A stretch of 64,000 bases of DNA from Heterodontus francisci (Eukaryota). Under the pieces are notes generated by a model. That model was not told where the DNA came from, searched no databases, and saw nothing but the letters and a program-made list of their open reading frames with translations. Positions 62,856 to 64,000 of the stretch are shown here, piece after piece; position 1 is the first letter of the stretch, and each line of letters starts with the position of its first letter. A program made the translations under genes and the position numbers. The stretch lies in the NCBI RefSeq assembly GCF_036365525.1, contig NW_027140453.1, positions 1,178,001 to 1,242,000 of the forward strand, written 5' to 3'.

Positions 62856-64000
62856 GACGGATGATTTCCTTCCCGAAAAGACATGAGTGAGCCAGCTGGG
62901 TGTCAGGACACCTTAACTGAGACTAGTTTTCAATTGCAGATTTTCTGATGAAATAATTGCATTTATTCATTAATTGAATTTAAATTCCACCATCTGACCT
63001 GGTGGGATTCTAACGCATGTCCCCTGGAGATTCACCCCCGCCTCTGGTATACCAGCTCAGTGACATGACAACTACACCACCATCTGCCCCAGGCTAGTCT
63101 GGAACGTGGGGCCATCGGGCCGAATAGCCTGAATCTGTGCTGCAATTTCTATCTAATTCGATGTCACTAGCGTCACCAGCTGAAGCAATGGATAAAAAAT
63201 GGGAAGACGGAGCAATTTCAAAGCATGTCTTCATAATGCCTATTTTATCAATTGCACTTTGCAAATCTCAGGTGCCTGTAGTTACACATTACAGCCACGA
63301 GATGGGGATGGAGCTCCACCGCAGCCTGAGTCCCACTTGCTTCTGGAGAGACTGAGCGAGCAATGCAGCAGTGACTTGACCCATCGACCTAATAGTCAAT
63401 TCCACTAACTCTGAAACAGATTAAAATCATAACCATTCCACACAAAATAGACAACTGGATTTCCCCAAGTCTGCTCGTTCATAGTGACTGGTTTGACCAA
63501 CACTTGTGATATACTAAAACAGATAATCTGAAGGAAGTAAAGAGGGGAAGCAAAGTCAGAAAACAGTGAAAGAAAAATGGAGAAGGAGGAATTTTATATA
63601 AAGAAGCACATATTCAGGGATGTGCACATCACTGACAAGGTCAGAATTCATTACCTATGCCGAATTGCCCTGAACTGAATGACTTGCTAGCCCATCTCAG
63701 AGGCAGTTAACAGTGAACTACATTGCTATCAGGTGATTCATTTTGGCAGAAGGGAGACAGAGAGGAAATACAGACTTAATGACACAGGCCTGAAGAGTGT
63801 TCAAGGACAGAGGGACCTGGGGGTTAATGTGCATAGATCTTTGAAGGTGGCAGGACATATGGAGAGAGAGGTTCACAAAGCTTATGGGATCTCGAGATTT
63901 ATAAATAGAGGTGTAGAGTTCAAAAGCAGAGAGATTGAGCGAAACATTTATAAGGCTCTTGTTCAGCCCCAACTTGAGTATTGAGTCCAGTTCTGGTCAC
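62855..64000 (-). repeat. Inverted, diverged copy of ~19700-20830
   Basis: Matching ORF-track translations (SPAEAMxKKWEDGAISKHVF) on opposite strands and collinear flanking repeats. Confidence 0.9.

Noticed and set aside
1-64000. Interpretation as an IgH, IgNAR or Ig light-chain cluster
   Set aside because: No V-D-J-C minicluster, no clear octamer promoters, and the V motifs (CAWS, CACS, CAAS) fit TCR beta better; V13 is the least certain
1-64000. D, J or C segments and 12-bp-spacer RSSs
   Set aside because: None recognised by eye; a near match at ~31765-31791 lacks a valid heptamer. A computational RSS scan could still find weak ones

Overview
Vertebrate genomic DNA, most likely a shark judging by the repeat landscape (CR1-, RTE- and Penelope-type elements, a V-SINE). 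The window is part of a T-cell receptor beta variable (TRBV-like) gene cluster. I find 17 recognisable V segments in about 6 families, most with a leader exon, phase-1 intron, V exon and 23-bp-spacer RSS. There are also 3 heavily decayed V relics and 1 orphan leader that the ORF track misses. No D, J or C segment is visible. V1-V13 (0.6-35.4 kb) are on the minus strand and V14-V17 plus the relics (47.6-62.9 kb) are on the plus strand. Shared flanking blocks are inverted between the two arms, around a V-free, repeat-rich centre. About half of the V segments look intact; the others carry a broken RSS, frameshift, stop, insertion or missing leader. Most notable: (1) a 10 x 45-bp tandem array of CTCF-consensus motifs just after the V14 RSS, with co-oriented CTCF-like motifs behind most other Vs; (2) a perfect AP-1 site across the heptamer/spacer junction of many V RSSs; (3) short Penelope-derived, hammerhead-like insertions with target-site duplications, one of which disrupts a V exon; (4) the mirror architecture. 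Family assignments rest on recalled protein motifs, not database searches, and repeat boundaries are approximate.
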